From Octopus sinensis (Eukaryota), in NCBI RefSeq assembly GCF_006345805.1, contig NW_021834232.1:43836-107835 (forward strand): a stretch of DNA of 64,000 nucleotides. Reading direction: 5' to 3'. A model generated the notes under the pieces. It saw nothing but the letters and a program-made list of their open reading frames with translations. It was not told where the DNA came from and did no database searches. Shown piece after piece: positions 13,395 to 25,249 of this stretch. Position 1 is the stretch's first letter. Every line of letters begins with the position of its first letter. The translations under genes and the position numbers were made by a program.

Positions 13395-13810
13395 TCCAAC
13401 GTCCGGATGGGTCCACGCTATTCCCGTTCAAGCGGGGACTCGCTCTCGTTTGGGACGTGACCTGTGTCGACTCGTTTTCCTCGTCATCTCTCATCGACTC
13501 CGTGTCCCGCCCTGGCTCAGATTCCGCACATGCCGAAGCGAAAAAAATTGCAAAGAACGGCTCATTGGAGAACACCTGCCTTTTCGTCCCCCTGGCTTTC
13601 GAGACGAGTGGGATAATCGGCCCGAAAGCCCTGGAGTTCCTTTCAGAAATCGGTGTGATGATTTCGAGGAAAAGCCACGAGAGACGTGAGTCTAGCTGGC
13701 TTTTTCAGCGCATTTCGCTCGCGATATTGCGCGGAAACTGCCTATCTATTCGCGCGTCCTCTCAATCAAAGAATTAACATCATAAATTCACTTAATTAAC
13801 ACTCGAACTA
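13395..13810 (+). mobile_element. 5'-truncated CRE-like RLE 3' end
   Basis: RPDGSTLFPFKRGLALVWDVTCVDSF...PLAFETSGIIGP...WLFQRISLAILRGN, followed by an A-rich tail. Confidence 0.85.
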
Positions 13811-13980
13811 AAAAAAATCAATTCCATAATTTTGTGTACAAGAATTATTGCAGATGCTTATTGATTATATTATGTCACATGCCTCAGCGATTACTATGCC
13901 CCACTCGTTACCTCTGAGAAATATGATTTTTCATTTTTTAGAAAAATTAAAAAATCAATCATAAGGTAATAAAATTAAAA

Positions 13981-16900
13981 TTTTTTTTTGTTTAGAAAAG
14001 AGTTCTTCAAAATAACTAATTATAGGAATAGGAATAGGAAGTTTTATTGGAAACAGAGAAGGGTTAAAGGTTAGGGGGGAGTTTGTATAATGAAACAATA
14101 GGACTACCCTATCGACTTCTTCCCAGAAAAAAAAGAGACCCCCTCAAGTAAATTTTTTTTTTTTTTTTTTTTTTTTCTTTTCTACCTCTGCAGGTACGTC
14201 CCAGTGACAATTGAGTTGGATTTATAACCACTTATAGCTTTTTCGACAGTTTCACCGACCATGGAGGATTTACTTTCAAGCCACAGGGGGATTGGATCTT
14301 CAACTTTTTGGTGGTAAGCAAGCTTCAAAGCGAGCCTGCGAGACTTTTCAAATTTAGTTAAGATGGTGTCCTTCTTTTTAGAGAAGTACCATCCCTCTTT
14401 TCCGTATAGTAGTCCCGGTAGGATCACCGTATTGAAAACGTAGAGGAAAGTATCAGGCTCCAAATTTAACTTCCTCAGGCAGAACAGAGCATTAGTTGCT
14501 TTCCTTTTACTTAATTTTGCGTTTTCGAGATAGTTTCCCTTTTCATCGATGAACAAGCCAAGATATTTAATTGAGTTTTGTCGAGGTATGTTCTTGATCA
14601 GGCACGGTAAATTTATTAAATTTCTGCTTTCTGTGATTCTCAGTAATGCGGACTTCTCACGCGCAATAATGAACATATTTTCATCGCACCATTGCTCCAC
14701 TGTATTCATATATGATATAATCCTTTGTTCGGATAAGGCAGGTTTCGATGAAATGTCAAGGATTACAACATCATCGGCGTATATCAAAATTTCCGTCCGT
14801 GTGTTGACAGGAGACGGCAGATTGCTCATCACAATGTTGAATAATAGAGGACTGAGGACTGATCCTTGAGGGACGCCTCTTTTAAGTTTCAGTTCATCCG
14901 AGTCATAGTTCAGAAAGCTTATCACAGAGCGCCTGTCGCGGAGGAAGTCTTTTAGCCATAGGAATAGTCCTTTGTCTATGTGACACTTCGCCAGATGTCT
15001 AAGGAGACCGAGGTGCCAAACCATATCAAAGGCTTTTGAGATGTCTAGAGACACAATTGTCAGACACTCTTTGAAATCCAGAGCCTTTACAATCGACGAA
15101 TTGAGTGTATAAAGACAGTCAGCACAGGAACGACCCCTCCGAAAGCCCCACTGCACGTCTTTGAGATAACCATTTCTCTCGACGTGTTCAGAGAGTCGTT
15201 CAAACATTACCCTTTCCATTATTCGACTGATGGTAGGAATTAGGCTTATAGGCCTATAACTTGTCGCCAAGTAACCAGGTTTTCCAGGCTTCCGTATCAT
15301 CCTTACCTCCGTCAGTTTCCATGAAGAAGGGACGTATCCCAAGCTCACACTGCGGGAGAAGAGACATCCCAAATATTCGTAAAGTTGCTTGGGAGCTTCT
15401 TTGAACATGCGCATGGTTATCTTGTCCTTTCCCGGAGCGTTATTTTTGGAGTATCTAACTGCATTTTCCACGTCTTTGCACGTTATAGATTCCGAGCACA
15501 TTGGTAATGAGCTAAGATTGTCTTCCAACTCTTTTTCCATATCAAACAAAGCTGAATCAGATAGATTTGTATCCGGATTGACTTCTTGTATTCTTTTGAG
15601 ACTATCAGCAAATATGTTCGGGATTTCTTCATGAGATGCAGGGGATCCATCTTGTTTTAGCAGTTTAGGTATAGTTTTCTCAGACGTCGAGGTTAATTTC
15701 GAGTAGACCTTCCAAAAATTTGGACTTCCTTTATGTAGCTTTTTGCACTCAGTATTCCATTTTTTATCCTTCGCCACCTTCGCCGATTTTCTTATTTCTT
15801 CCGTAATGGTGAAGATTTCACTTTCCAAAACGGACCGGTCACGAAAATCTGCGCAGCGCCGGAGTTTGTTCCTTAGACATTGTTTTTTCCTTAGTAGGAT
15901 TTCAACATTCATGTTTGGCATGTGAGTTTTCCTATTGTTTGAGACGATTTTTGTAGAATATGTTTCCAGATAAGACTTTATGTATCCAATAAGGGAATTG
16001 CTAGACTTCTCGAGGTCCTCAGATGAAGAATTTTCGTCAAGTTTAGGAGCGAAATTGCTCAGATAAAGTGTAAAACATTTTCGGTAGTGTTCCCAGTTTA
16101 TAGTCGAGAGGTTATATCGTATAAAAGTTGGTTTACCCTTTAAAGGTCCAAGGTTGAGTTTGTATAAAATTGGTAGATGGTCACTTCCAATATCATTTAA
16201 GGTGTACGGTTGTTCCATAAATTGAAGAGTAGACATAGAGACCAATGCTACGCCCAAATAGTCCCACCCTCCTGGTGAGTAATGATTTGGGGTTTTTGAT
16301 GTGATGACCGAGAAACTGAGAGATTCTGAAAGCTTCTTAAGAATGATGCCATCCCTGTTGGTTCTCAGACAGCCAAAAGATGTGCATTTGGCATTTAGAT
16401 CCCCGAGGAGTATTGACAAATGATTGTGTTTATCGGCAAAAAAGTCCTTGATAAGCGATGAATAATTGGAAAGGGATTTTGAGTACATCCCTCCGATTGT
16501 TACCCACCCTTTTTCCAGAAGGACGTCGATTGTGAGGAATTCACACAATTCCTCGGACACAATTTTTAGATTTTTCACCCTTAGAGTTGATTTGTAGTAG
16601 ATAGAAGTGCCTGTTCCAGCGATCGAGCCCGGCTTCCACTTAATATCAAGGGAACGATAGCCATCCAAGTAGTAATCATCATGTTTTTTGATTTTTGTTT
16701 CGTTTACGATCAAAAGGTCCACGGGGTATGGGATAACATATCCTCAATCTCTGAACGCCTTCTCTTTAGAGAACGTGCGTTCACAGCGATAATAGACAGA
16801 AAGGGGCTCACGCCTGATCAATCCTTTCCCTTCCAAGAGAAAGGGACAACAGATTGTTGATATCGAGGCCTTTTTCATCGCATATAGCGATTATTTTGCG

Positions 16901-18370
16901 AATCATAGAGGTAAGCTCAACGTCGATAGTTGGTGCTTTCCTCTTAAAGCGGGTTGGAGGCTCTGTGTGTTGTGTATTGGGAGGCAAAGTTGCGTCTTCA
17001 CTAACATCTGTTTGCGTTGAGGAGTCAAAACAGCGGGAAATTGTGGGTTTTCGCCATACAGATTCAACGGCCTCCGCTTTTGACCATACAGTTTTTGAGT
17101 GTTCTGCTTTGGCCAGTCTGTCCCTGGCACTGAGCTGCTTTTTTAGTTGTTCAGTGGCTGCCTTAGCTGAAGAGCAGCCACCGTAGCAAGCCAAATGCCC
17201 ACTCAGACCGCAGTTTATACATTTTTTCTCAGTTTTTCCTTTAATCGGGCACATTTTCATATTATGATCACCACCACAGAAAAGACATCTTTCCACTTCT
17301 TTGCAGAAGTTAGCAATGTGACCAAATTGTTGGCAGCGAAAGCATCTTGTTGCTGGGTTTTTAAACCATTCGCATCGTATTTTTTGAAATCCCACTTCGA
17401 TTCCCATCCTTACAAGCGAAGTGGCTTCTGCCCTCGAATTCAGACTCAACTTTCCAACAGGTATACTCCGTCCATTTTTGTAGAACCGTTGGAAAGTAAA
17501 ACCGGGGTTGAGAATTTCTTTGAGGTAAAGATCCAGGTCTTCCTCGGAGACCCAAGATGGTATTCCCTTCAAGACTACGGTCGATGGTTGCAGACTGCAC
17601 GCAGAAATATAATGGCCGTCCTGGCCAAATGGTTTGTTATACTCGAAGTCATTCACAAACGAGTCCCTATCACTAGAATTTGAGAATTCGAGGGTAAAGT
17701 CCCCAGACTTCCTGGCAGTAATTCGGGCCTTCTGTGCAGTCTCGGATTTGGTTAGAATATTAAAGGACTTTATTCGTCCAATCGCATAATTTTTTATCTG
17801 CAGCGAGAGGACAAGAGACTCAGTACAGTTTGGATTGTTCAAAGAGACTTGAGAGGAGTGTGACCCCTCCTCATCTTTGATACGGATTTCATCTTTGCGT
17901 TCAAGCTCTTGAGACACAGAAGATTTTGAGTTTTTGATAGTTTTATTTTTTGCACCACGAGAAACGAAACGTGTCATGTCACCTTTTTTTTTTAACTAAT
18001 TAAGTGTCAGCAGTGGCTGCACCAGATTCCGATGGATATCCTCTGGTACAGCCAGCCGATTTGGCGGTGGTCCTTCGTGTACTTGTGGATGCACTTCCCA
18101 ATTTCGGTCAGAAGCGACACTCCGGCCGTCCCTATCACTCCACTTGTCTCCACAGCAATCGGAACAAAGTGGTAATTTGGTGGGAGAGAGGCGTATTTCT
18201 TCCGCTTCGTCTCCTCAGCCCGACGGGAAGCGAAGCCGGGGGAGAACGCAGACTGAGCAACGGTCCCGGGGGCAAAGGTGTCCGCGCAGGTAACATCCCA
18301 AACAAGACATTTCCCCTCCGAGAATGGAAAGACCGTCATTCCGTCTGGACGCTTGCCGTCGCCACGTTTT
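13981..18370 (-). mobile_element. 5'-truncated CRE-like RLE element with a LINE nested in its 3' UTR
   Basis: RLE ORF 18007-~18370 ([32 protein letters not shown]). Its 3' UTR resumes left of the LINE, with poly(A) at 13981-13989. Candidate 7-bp TSD ATTAAAA at 13974-13980 and 18371-18377 (AT-rich, so weak). Confidence 0.7.
14023..17992 (-). mobile_element. Near-full-length Jockey/I-group LINE (gag-like ORF1 + APE-RT ORF2)
   Basis: ORF1 16808-17977 has three CCHC knuckles. ORF2 ~16810-14182 has APE (NARS, NETK, GDLNA, SDHLP) and RT (QGSVLSPLLF, YADD), with one frameshift near 16725. (TTCCTA)3 tail; 10-bp TSD TAACTAATTA at 14013-14022 and 17993-18002. Confidence 0.93.
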
Positions 18371-18383
18371 ATTAAAAACTTAG

Positions 18384-19056
18384 TTGGTAGGAACTTTAAG
18401 TTTTGTCCGTCGTGTAACGTCCAAATTGAACTAAATACATTGGTGTATACCATCAAGTCACATATGTATCATGTTGAATGCCTCAAGTGTCGGTGTTGTA
18501 ATAAAGAACTCAAAATTGGGGACTTCTTTTCCTATGCTGATAAATCCACACTTTACTGCATGGACTATTATCACAAAAATATATGTTTGGTAATTGAGTT
18601 ATTTTTAGTAAAAACTGAAAACACTGCGGAATCAGAGAGAAAATCAAAGTCTCCTAAATATTGTTCGGAAGCGAATGGGAGTCCTGAAAAGCCTGAATCC
18701 ATTAGTGAAGAAGTTCAAACCAAGCTTGTAGCCAACAATAACCTTCAAAGATGCAAACAACGAGGACGGAGGACATCAATTAAACCACACCAAATTGGGC
18801 TTCTTACAGAATTGTACGAAAATGAAAAAAAGCCATCACGTCATACATTGGAAGAAATGACCAAATTGACTGGACTGCCAATTCGCGTCATCCAAGTCAG
18901 GATGGGGGTCTCTAGTGTTAGGTCTGGTTTCAAAACAGGAGGTCCAAGGAACGGAGCCACAACCCGAGCAACTCTAGCCTCTTGCCTTCCAATCCACCTG
19001 ATCAGACATTCCAGTACCCTCCCAATATGCATTTCTACAGAAATCTTAATTTTTAA
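18384..19056 (+). CDS. LIM-homeodomain gene (Lhx1/5-like): second LIM domain + homeodomain; 5' part not identified
   Basis: CPSC..YHVECLKCRCC..LYCMDYY (LIM). RGRRTSIKPHQ..TGLPIRVIQ|VWFQNRRSKER after splicing the 26-nt intron 18896-18921. Likely 24-nt intron at 18585-18608. Confidence 0.8.
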
Positions 19057-19924
19057 CATTCTGCTAGTCTAATAAATATAGTTGTTTAAAATGTTCAGAT
19101 TGCACTTTTTCTAAGGTTTAGTTTTAGAGTTGTCGACCGAAATGGTTCTCATTTCTCTCCTACTTTTCTAAACATCCAAACAGTGATTTCAGGATACGCT
19201 TCTTCCAGGAGATCCAAAATACAAAATAATTTTCTTTCCAGAAGTTTTTTTTAGAGATTAAGGCAGGATCTGCTAACGAATTCCAAGAGATTTTATTTGA
19301 TTTCCTCCGTGGTAATAACATAAGTTGCTTCCTCAACAATTATTTTATTGACTGTTTAATTAAGTACATAGACAAGTCTGAAATCATAAGTGACACTCAA
19401 AAACTCATCAAAACGACTAATCTCGGCGTCTGGGGCTAACCCCCAAAATCTGGAAACTTGATGAATTTTTTGTATTAAAAACTAGAAATTGACAAGAAAT
19501 AAAGTTATCTTTTGATAAAAAAGAAATTTAATTTAACTAAAATTAGACACGTTTATTAATTTCTCTCTTGTTACTTTGATGTTTGCACACTTTTTATAGC
19601 TAGATAAAAATATATGTTATACCTTCCGCAATGGAAGATCCCAATTGGCTTAAAAGGGACTTTCTAGTCATTAATTAATTTTCTACAGTAGCTATCATTA
19701 AATCTATTTCAGGATAAGAGTCTCTTATTTTCTCACAAAAATTGACATAATGGCACATGTGACATAACTTGGGGTAAATATTTTCGAGTATTCTCCAAGC
19801 TAAAATATAAACCCGAACAGTTTCCGCACCTTCGCCTGCGGCACTCTCGCCTATTCCACCCAAAAGTTGGTCCTGGGACGATCATATGATGGATTCAAGT
19901 TGGGAGTGCTCCTTTACCATATGA

Positions 19925-20042
19925 TGTACGAAAGTGAAAGAAAGCCATCGCGTCATACATTGGAAGAAATGACCAAATTGACTGGACTACCAATTCGCGT
20001 CATCCAAGTCAGGATGGGGGTCTCTAGTGTTAGGTCTGGTTT
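19925..20042 (+). pseudogene. 118-bp genomic duplicate of the homeobox helix 2-3 region, including the 26-nt intron
   Basis: Near-identical to 18813-18930; breaks off right after GTCTGGTTT. Confidence 0.88.
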
Positions 20043-22659
20043 AGTGGAATCTTCATCTTCCCCGAGGAAACTGCAATTGTCACTGCGGCCACCTTACACA
20101 TTCACTTTGATATCACTGACACGTGCAAACAAGTTCACTTCGCACTCCTCCAACGCGATACCCACACCAGACCGGGTGTCGACCGAATATGTCAGTTTGA
20201 GTGGATAGAGTAACCGATTCCTCACCATTCTCCTCAGAAAAAGTTACTTTATCCTGCCTTCGACAGTCCTTCAGTCACAGAGACAGAACTCCGGTTCAAA
20301 GATATTGGTAGTTACTGACATTCCACGATGAATAATTTGCTTTCAATTCAGCAGTCGTCTTTTGGGAATCTCCTGCAAAGTCTACTCCTCCCTCTCCAAA
20401 GGCAGGAGAGACAGCCGTAAATACCTTAATTAATCGCGAATGTGAGTGCTAAGGTAAACGCATCTGCGAATCCAGCCAACAAAGCATCGCCAAATTGTTC
20501 AATTTTTGAGACCCCATCTGTGTCTATCAAATTAATTTTGAGGTGAATACATTTTTTGATCATTTGTTACGTTCTTCTTGTTCTTCTAGAACAAATCCAC
20601 GAAAAAAATTATTGTTGAGATAATTCTCTTTGCAGAAGGAGATTTTTTGTAATCAAGCAAAGCATCATTTGTCAAGTCGTAAGTGAGTGCAATATATGAA
20701 GTTTGCTCTGCCACTGAAACAGTAGGACGATTCGAGCCATTTACCTAATGAAAGGTTTCAACTCGATTTAATTGATTTTATTGGCAGACTCAGAAAAGCT
20801 CACCTACAAATCCCAAAACTATGAGAAGCCAACATCGACTATCTTGGACACTCAGAGATTAAGAAGTGCGATCCGTCGAAAACTTTTGGAAGGTGAAATC
20901 CGTGCTGCTGTGAGGACCCTTGCAGATCAATACCGCATAATTGATTCGTCTGAACAGTCCTACGCATCACTTGTTGATCGCCACCTAAGTCCCCCAAACG
21001 ACCACCGGATCCCTCCTTGCCCAGGACAATTACCCAATATACTTGTCTCTGAAAAAGACGTAAAAGATGGGATTCTCTACTTCGTTCCGAGCAGCAGTGG
21101 TGGACTAGATGGGCTCCGTCCAAGTCACCTCAAAGATCTTATTGCTCGTAACACTGGCAACTCTGGGGTCCGGCTCGTGCTGGCTATCACCAAACTAATG
21201 AATAGGATGCTATCAGGGACACTACCAGAAACAATTCGACACGTAATGTTCTCTGCCAAATTAATCGCATTGAACAAGAAGGGAGGGGAAATACGCCCTG
21301 CTATTGGCCTGGTCTTTTGTCTGTTGGCCTCAAAGCTTGTAGGCAGGGAAATCCTGTCTACGTTGATAACACAATTACAACAAGTTCAAATAGGGGTCGG
21401 CACACCGGGGGGTTGTGAAGCAGCAGTTCATGCTCTCCGAACATTCACCAAACAGAACGAGAAACTCCTTTCGTAATCATCAAAATTGACATTAAAATAC
21501 CTTTAACTCGATACTACGTAATACAATTCTGGAGGATTGCTTCACATACTACCCATCAGTATACAGCTATATTAATAGCTCATACGAAAACCATCCAGTC
21601 TGATACACGGCCAATATCACATCCCATCGTCTTCTGGAGTCCAACAAAGAGACCCACTGGGGCCTGCCTTGTTTAGCCTGGGAATTGCTCCACTTCCCTG
21701 AGGGTATGGTATTTCGATGATTGCACAATGGGCGGCCATCCGAAGGATGTACTAGACTGCCTAAAAAGTCAGATAGCCCAAATGAAATCCCTATGCCTAA
21801 CCCTAAAACTAATAAGTGTGAAGTTATCAATTTTGGATTTTTGTAGCCTGAATGGGACCTGATTCTTGATACATTCAGGGAGATCATTCCTAAAGCCGAA
21901 ATCAGTAACACTGATGCTGAAATCAGTAACACTCTAATAACAAAAGAACATCAACTAAAAACCACATTCAGACGTCTGAAGATGCTGAACGCACATACCT
22001 CTCTATTCCTGCTAAGAAACGCCTTGTCAGCACAGAAACTGAATTACGTTCTTCGGGGTGCACCCTGCTACCTGAAAATGGAACAGTCTCTTCCGGACCA
22101 CCATTGAACGTATCACTAATGTGAAATTGGACGACCAAGGGTGGGACCAAGCGACCTTACCCGTTAATCTGGGCGGACTGGGAATCCCTTCACCGAAAGA
22201 TCTAGCTTGCCCCGCATATCTATTCTCTTTTGATTCCAGTCGACTGCTGATCAGGATGATTCTTCAACTTCAAGCAGAATCATCTGAAATCACAGACATG
22301 GAGCATTCGCGAGGGATGATGCCTGAACAGAAAGATTGTTACAGGACCATCTGCGTGGATAAATATGAGAGGCTTCTGAACCAATCAAACTAACACAGAC
22401 GTGCCTGTCTAGTGACTGAAAGATGCGAATCGAATGGAGTTTGGATCAACGCATTCCCGTTGGTAGTGTCGGAACCCATTTTGATGACGATACTGTCTGC
22501 ATCGGCATCAGTACCAGACTTGGACTGGAGATTTGCCGGACTCACAAATGCCGGTGTGGCGCCACCGTCGATTGCTATGCCCTCTCTTTTAGAAGTGCAG
22601 AACGATACCCAAGATACAAGGCGATCAACAAAATTGTCAAGCGAGCCCTAGATCGCAGT

Positions 22660-22900
22660 TTATAGAATTTTCTCACAAAACCGTTTCATATTCATACCAA
22701 TGATACTGTAATTACCTTTGCATTGTGGATTTTCAGTTCACTAGCAAGCATGTCGTACGTATGGCGCTTTTCTACCTCAATTTTCTTTAAAACGATTTAT
22801 CTCATTTTGTCGTGTCCGGCTTGTTATTCTCAACTTCTTATCTGTATTCATTGTCGTAAAAATACGAATCTCCATATAGTTATTCGCAGTCACTGACTTA
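22660..22900 (-). mobile_element. Degenerate R4/Dong-like RLE 3' remnant
   Basis: NNYMEIR...IEVEKRHTYDMLASEL..KV (frameshifted). Confidence 0.6.
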
Positions 22901-22929
22901 ACAAAATAAGTTTAACCCCATACTAAATA

Positions 22930-23050
22930 GGATTAACATCAAACTAATTGGAATCAATAGAAAATCAAGTGGAATCAATAACAAACTAAGTGGGTCTAGC
23001 AGAAAACTAAGTGGGACTAACAATAAATTAAGTGAATTCAGTAAATTAAG
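22930..23050 (+). repeat. ~6 copies of a degenerate 21-bp tandem repeat
   Basis: AAACTAAGTGGGACTAACAAT-like units (KLSGTNN, KLSGSSR, KSSGINN in one plus frame). Confidence 0.65.
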
Positions 23051-23542
23051 CGGATTGTGGTCGAGACAACTGGAGGAATAAGCAGGAAATCGCTTCACTT
23101 CCTAAAGAAACTTGGACGCTTAGCCACATTAAAAACCACGACACACGTGAGACCCGGTGGCTTTCCAGTTGATCTCATTCTATCCGGCCGCTGAAATAAT
23201 TAACATTTTATCAAATAATTGAGGCAAACCCCTTTGAGGACTCTTGAACTGCCTGATTCCCATCACAGTTGGAACCGGTCGGCCTGATTCGGAAGGATGG
23301 TAATCGTCCTGACGGCCTAACGACTTTCCCCTTCGAAAATGGCAAGTCGCTCATCTGGACGCAACTTGCACGGACACCTTCTCCGCCGGAAACATCTTTA
23401 CGTCAGGCGCAATGCCAGGCTCCGCAGCTAACCAGGCAGAAATGATAAAAATCAAGAATACAGTGCATTATCTCACCGCCATATCTTTGCCCCGATCGCA
23501 GTGGAGACGTCGGGAGTCCTCGGTCCCAGAACTAAAAAATTC

Positions 23543-24337
23543 GGTACATATGTAGTAGTTGGCGGCCACTTTTTAGAATGCGAATTTAAAAAAAACATAT
23601 ATTTTTTTAGTTAAAAAAAATATATAATTAAAAAATAATACAATATAAAAATAAAATCCCACGCTACTTTAAATTATAAATGAGAAGTGAGGTCAATCAT
23701 ATTCAATCAATTTCATGCATCCAGGAAATCATCCCAAAAAAAAAGTGTGTCGCACGGACAACCAAAATGACTTTAAACATTGGCAGCTCTCCGGCTTGAA
23801 TTGCTACAAAGAAGGGGTGTCGAAGTAAATCGAGTCAAAAACAAATTGTATTTATATATTAAAACTCAACAAAAACGTGGTTAGCAGGAACCAAAGTACC
23901 ATTCGAAGATATAGTCCGGTTGTCTACCTGTGGGGCAAAAATATATCTTCTATGGAGATATGCCTGAAAATCTTGGTTGGCTTCATACAACCGTGGACTG
24001 GTCAATGTACATGCGTGAATTTGCATGCTATCATTGACATCTCGTCAGAGATCCAAAATAGGTGTGCGTAAATTTATCAGACAACACCTTAATAGTTATT
24101 TTACGGAGTTCATTTGGCGACAGACAGCCAAAAGAAAGAATTTGAAACAATCATGGAGTGCATTGCCTTACATTGTCCCCCAGAATCTCAAACTAAAATA
24201 AAAAAAATAATTAATATTTGTATAAAAAATATTAATTTTTTATAGTAATATTATTTAAAAAAGGTAATTATTCGCCAAAAAAAATATAGTTTTTTTAAAA
24301 TTCGCTAAAAAGTGGCCGCCACTACTACATATGTACC
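23543..24337 (+). mobile_element. Internally deleted Merlin (IS1016/ISXO2-like) element
   Basis: TIR GGTACATATGTAGTAG(T)TGGCGGCCACTTTTTAG; 8-bp TSD AAAAATTC (23535-23542, 24338-24345). Remnant TWLAGTKVPFEDIV...TTVDWSMYMRE resembles Merlin N-termini. The CRE RLE frame is restored on removal. Confidence 0.82.
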
Positions 24338-24657
24338 AAAAATTCCTTATTAAACTGGGGGACCTGGCAAGCAGAAGGAGAAATGATCATCGGGAACGAA
24401 CATGGCTTTTCCAACGCATATCAATAGCCATCTTGCGTGGAATTGCCATTCCATTATCCTCTGCTGCTAATTAAATATTATTAACACTTTTTATCATTAA
24501 TTTTTTAATAATCAATCATCATAAAAAAATCGAGGTTAAATCAATCATTTTTATTTAATAGATAAAATATGCTAAAGGAGAGATATGGACGATACCAATG
24601 GCAAGACTAAAAAAATGATAATTTAATATTTTTTGTTAAAATGCATTATTCTTTCAC

Positions 24658-24900
24658 CAGGGTTGTTAGATTTAAATCATTTGATTTTAATCAACAATAA
24701 AAATCAATGATTTAAATCATTAAAAAAATCAAAAAAATCAAAAAAATCATTTAAATTTTTAAATGTCTGGAAGAAAGCGTGATTCTTTGTGGGCTTATTT
24801 CGATAAACGTATTATTCCTGGAAAGACCGGAAGCCGTGCCAGATGTCGTAATTGTGGGAAGGACATACAAGGTCTTGTATCTCGGAGAGTTGAAAGTTTC
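24658..24900 (+). mobile_element. hAT 5' end with BED zinc-finger remnant
   Basis: Starts CAGGGTTGTTAGATTTAAATC; MSGRKRDSLWAYF...ARCRNCGKDIQG. Confidence 0.65.
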
Positions 24901-24939
24901 AACTCATTCAATGATTAAAATAGTATGATTTGTTCAAGG

Positions 24940-24985
24940 TAAAATGTAACCGGTTGCCCATGCGTATCCAGCCGCCCATGTCACA
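24940..24985. mobile_element. Orphan right terminus of a TGT...ACA (Ginger2-like) family
   Basis: AATGTAACCGGTTGCCCATGCGTA...GCCCATGTCACA; the reverse complement of this motif forms a left terminus at 29732. Confidence 0.55.
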
Positions 24986-25249
24986 AAATATAAACAACAA
25001 AATGCAACGTGCTAATATGTCGATGTGTGCTCCATCTGGACAAAAACAAAATAACAATATTATTTCTAGAGCAGGATGGACAACCGCATCGAAGAGGCAG
25101 ACGTCCGATGGCAAGAACATAATGATGTTAGATGTGTATCTTAGTTTTCCAGAAGTCATTAAAACCACAAAAACTAGGTTTGAAATTGAATTTAGAAAAT
25201 GGAGATAAAGACACTGGCATTTGCTATTGACCAAGAATGCCACTGGGGA

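Larger units (their letters stand above)
20760..24475 (+). mobile_element. Degenerate CRE-like RT-RLE retrotransposon with nested insertions
   Basis: [63 protein letters not shown]...WLFQRISIAILRG. Many frameshifts; interrupted by an R4 remnant and a Merlin element. Confidence 0.8.

Noticed and set aside
14153-14181. Poly(A) as the LINE 3' terminus
   Set aside because: The 10-bp TSD lies ~130 bp further on, after AATAAA and (TTCCTA)3.
13873-19764. TGTCACATG (13873) and CATGTGACA (19756-19764) as a Ginger MITE pair
   Set aside because: The flanking 5-mers differ (TATTA versus TAACT) and similarity stops after 9 bp.
20040-20760. Minus-strand coding-like remnant, faintly RNase-PH/exosome-like (INLIDTDG...DALLAG)
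   Set aside because: It contains stops, I found no consistent splice model, and the similarity is too weak to call by eye.
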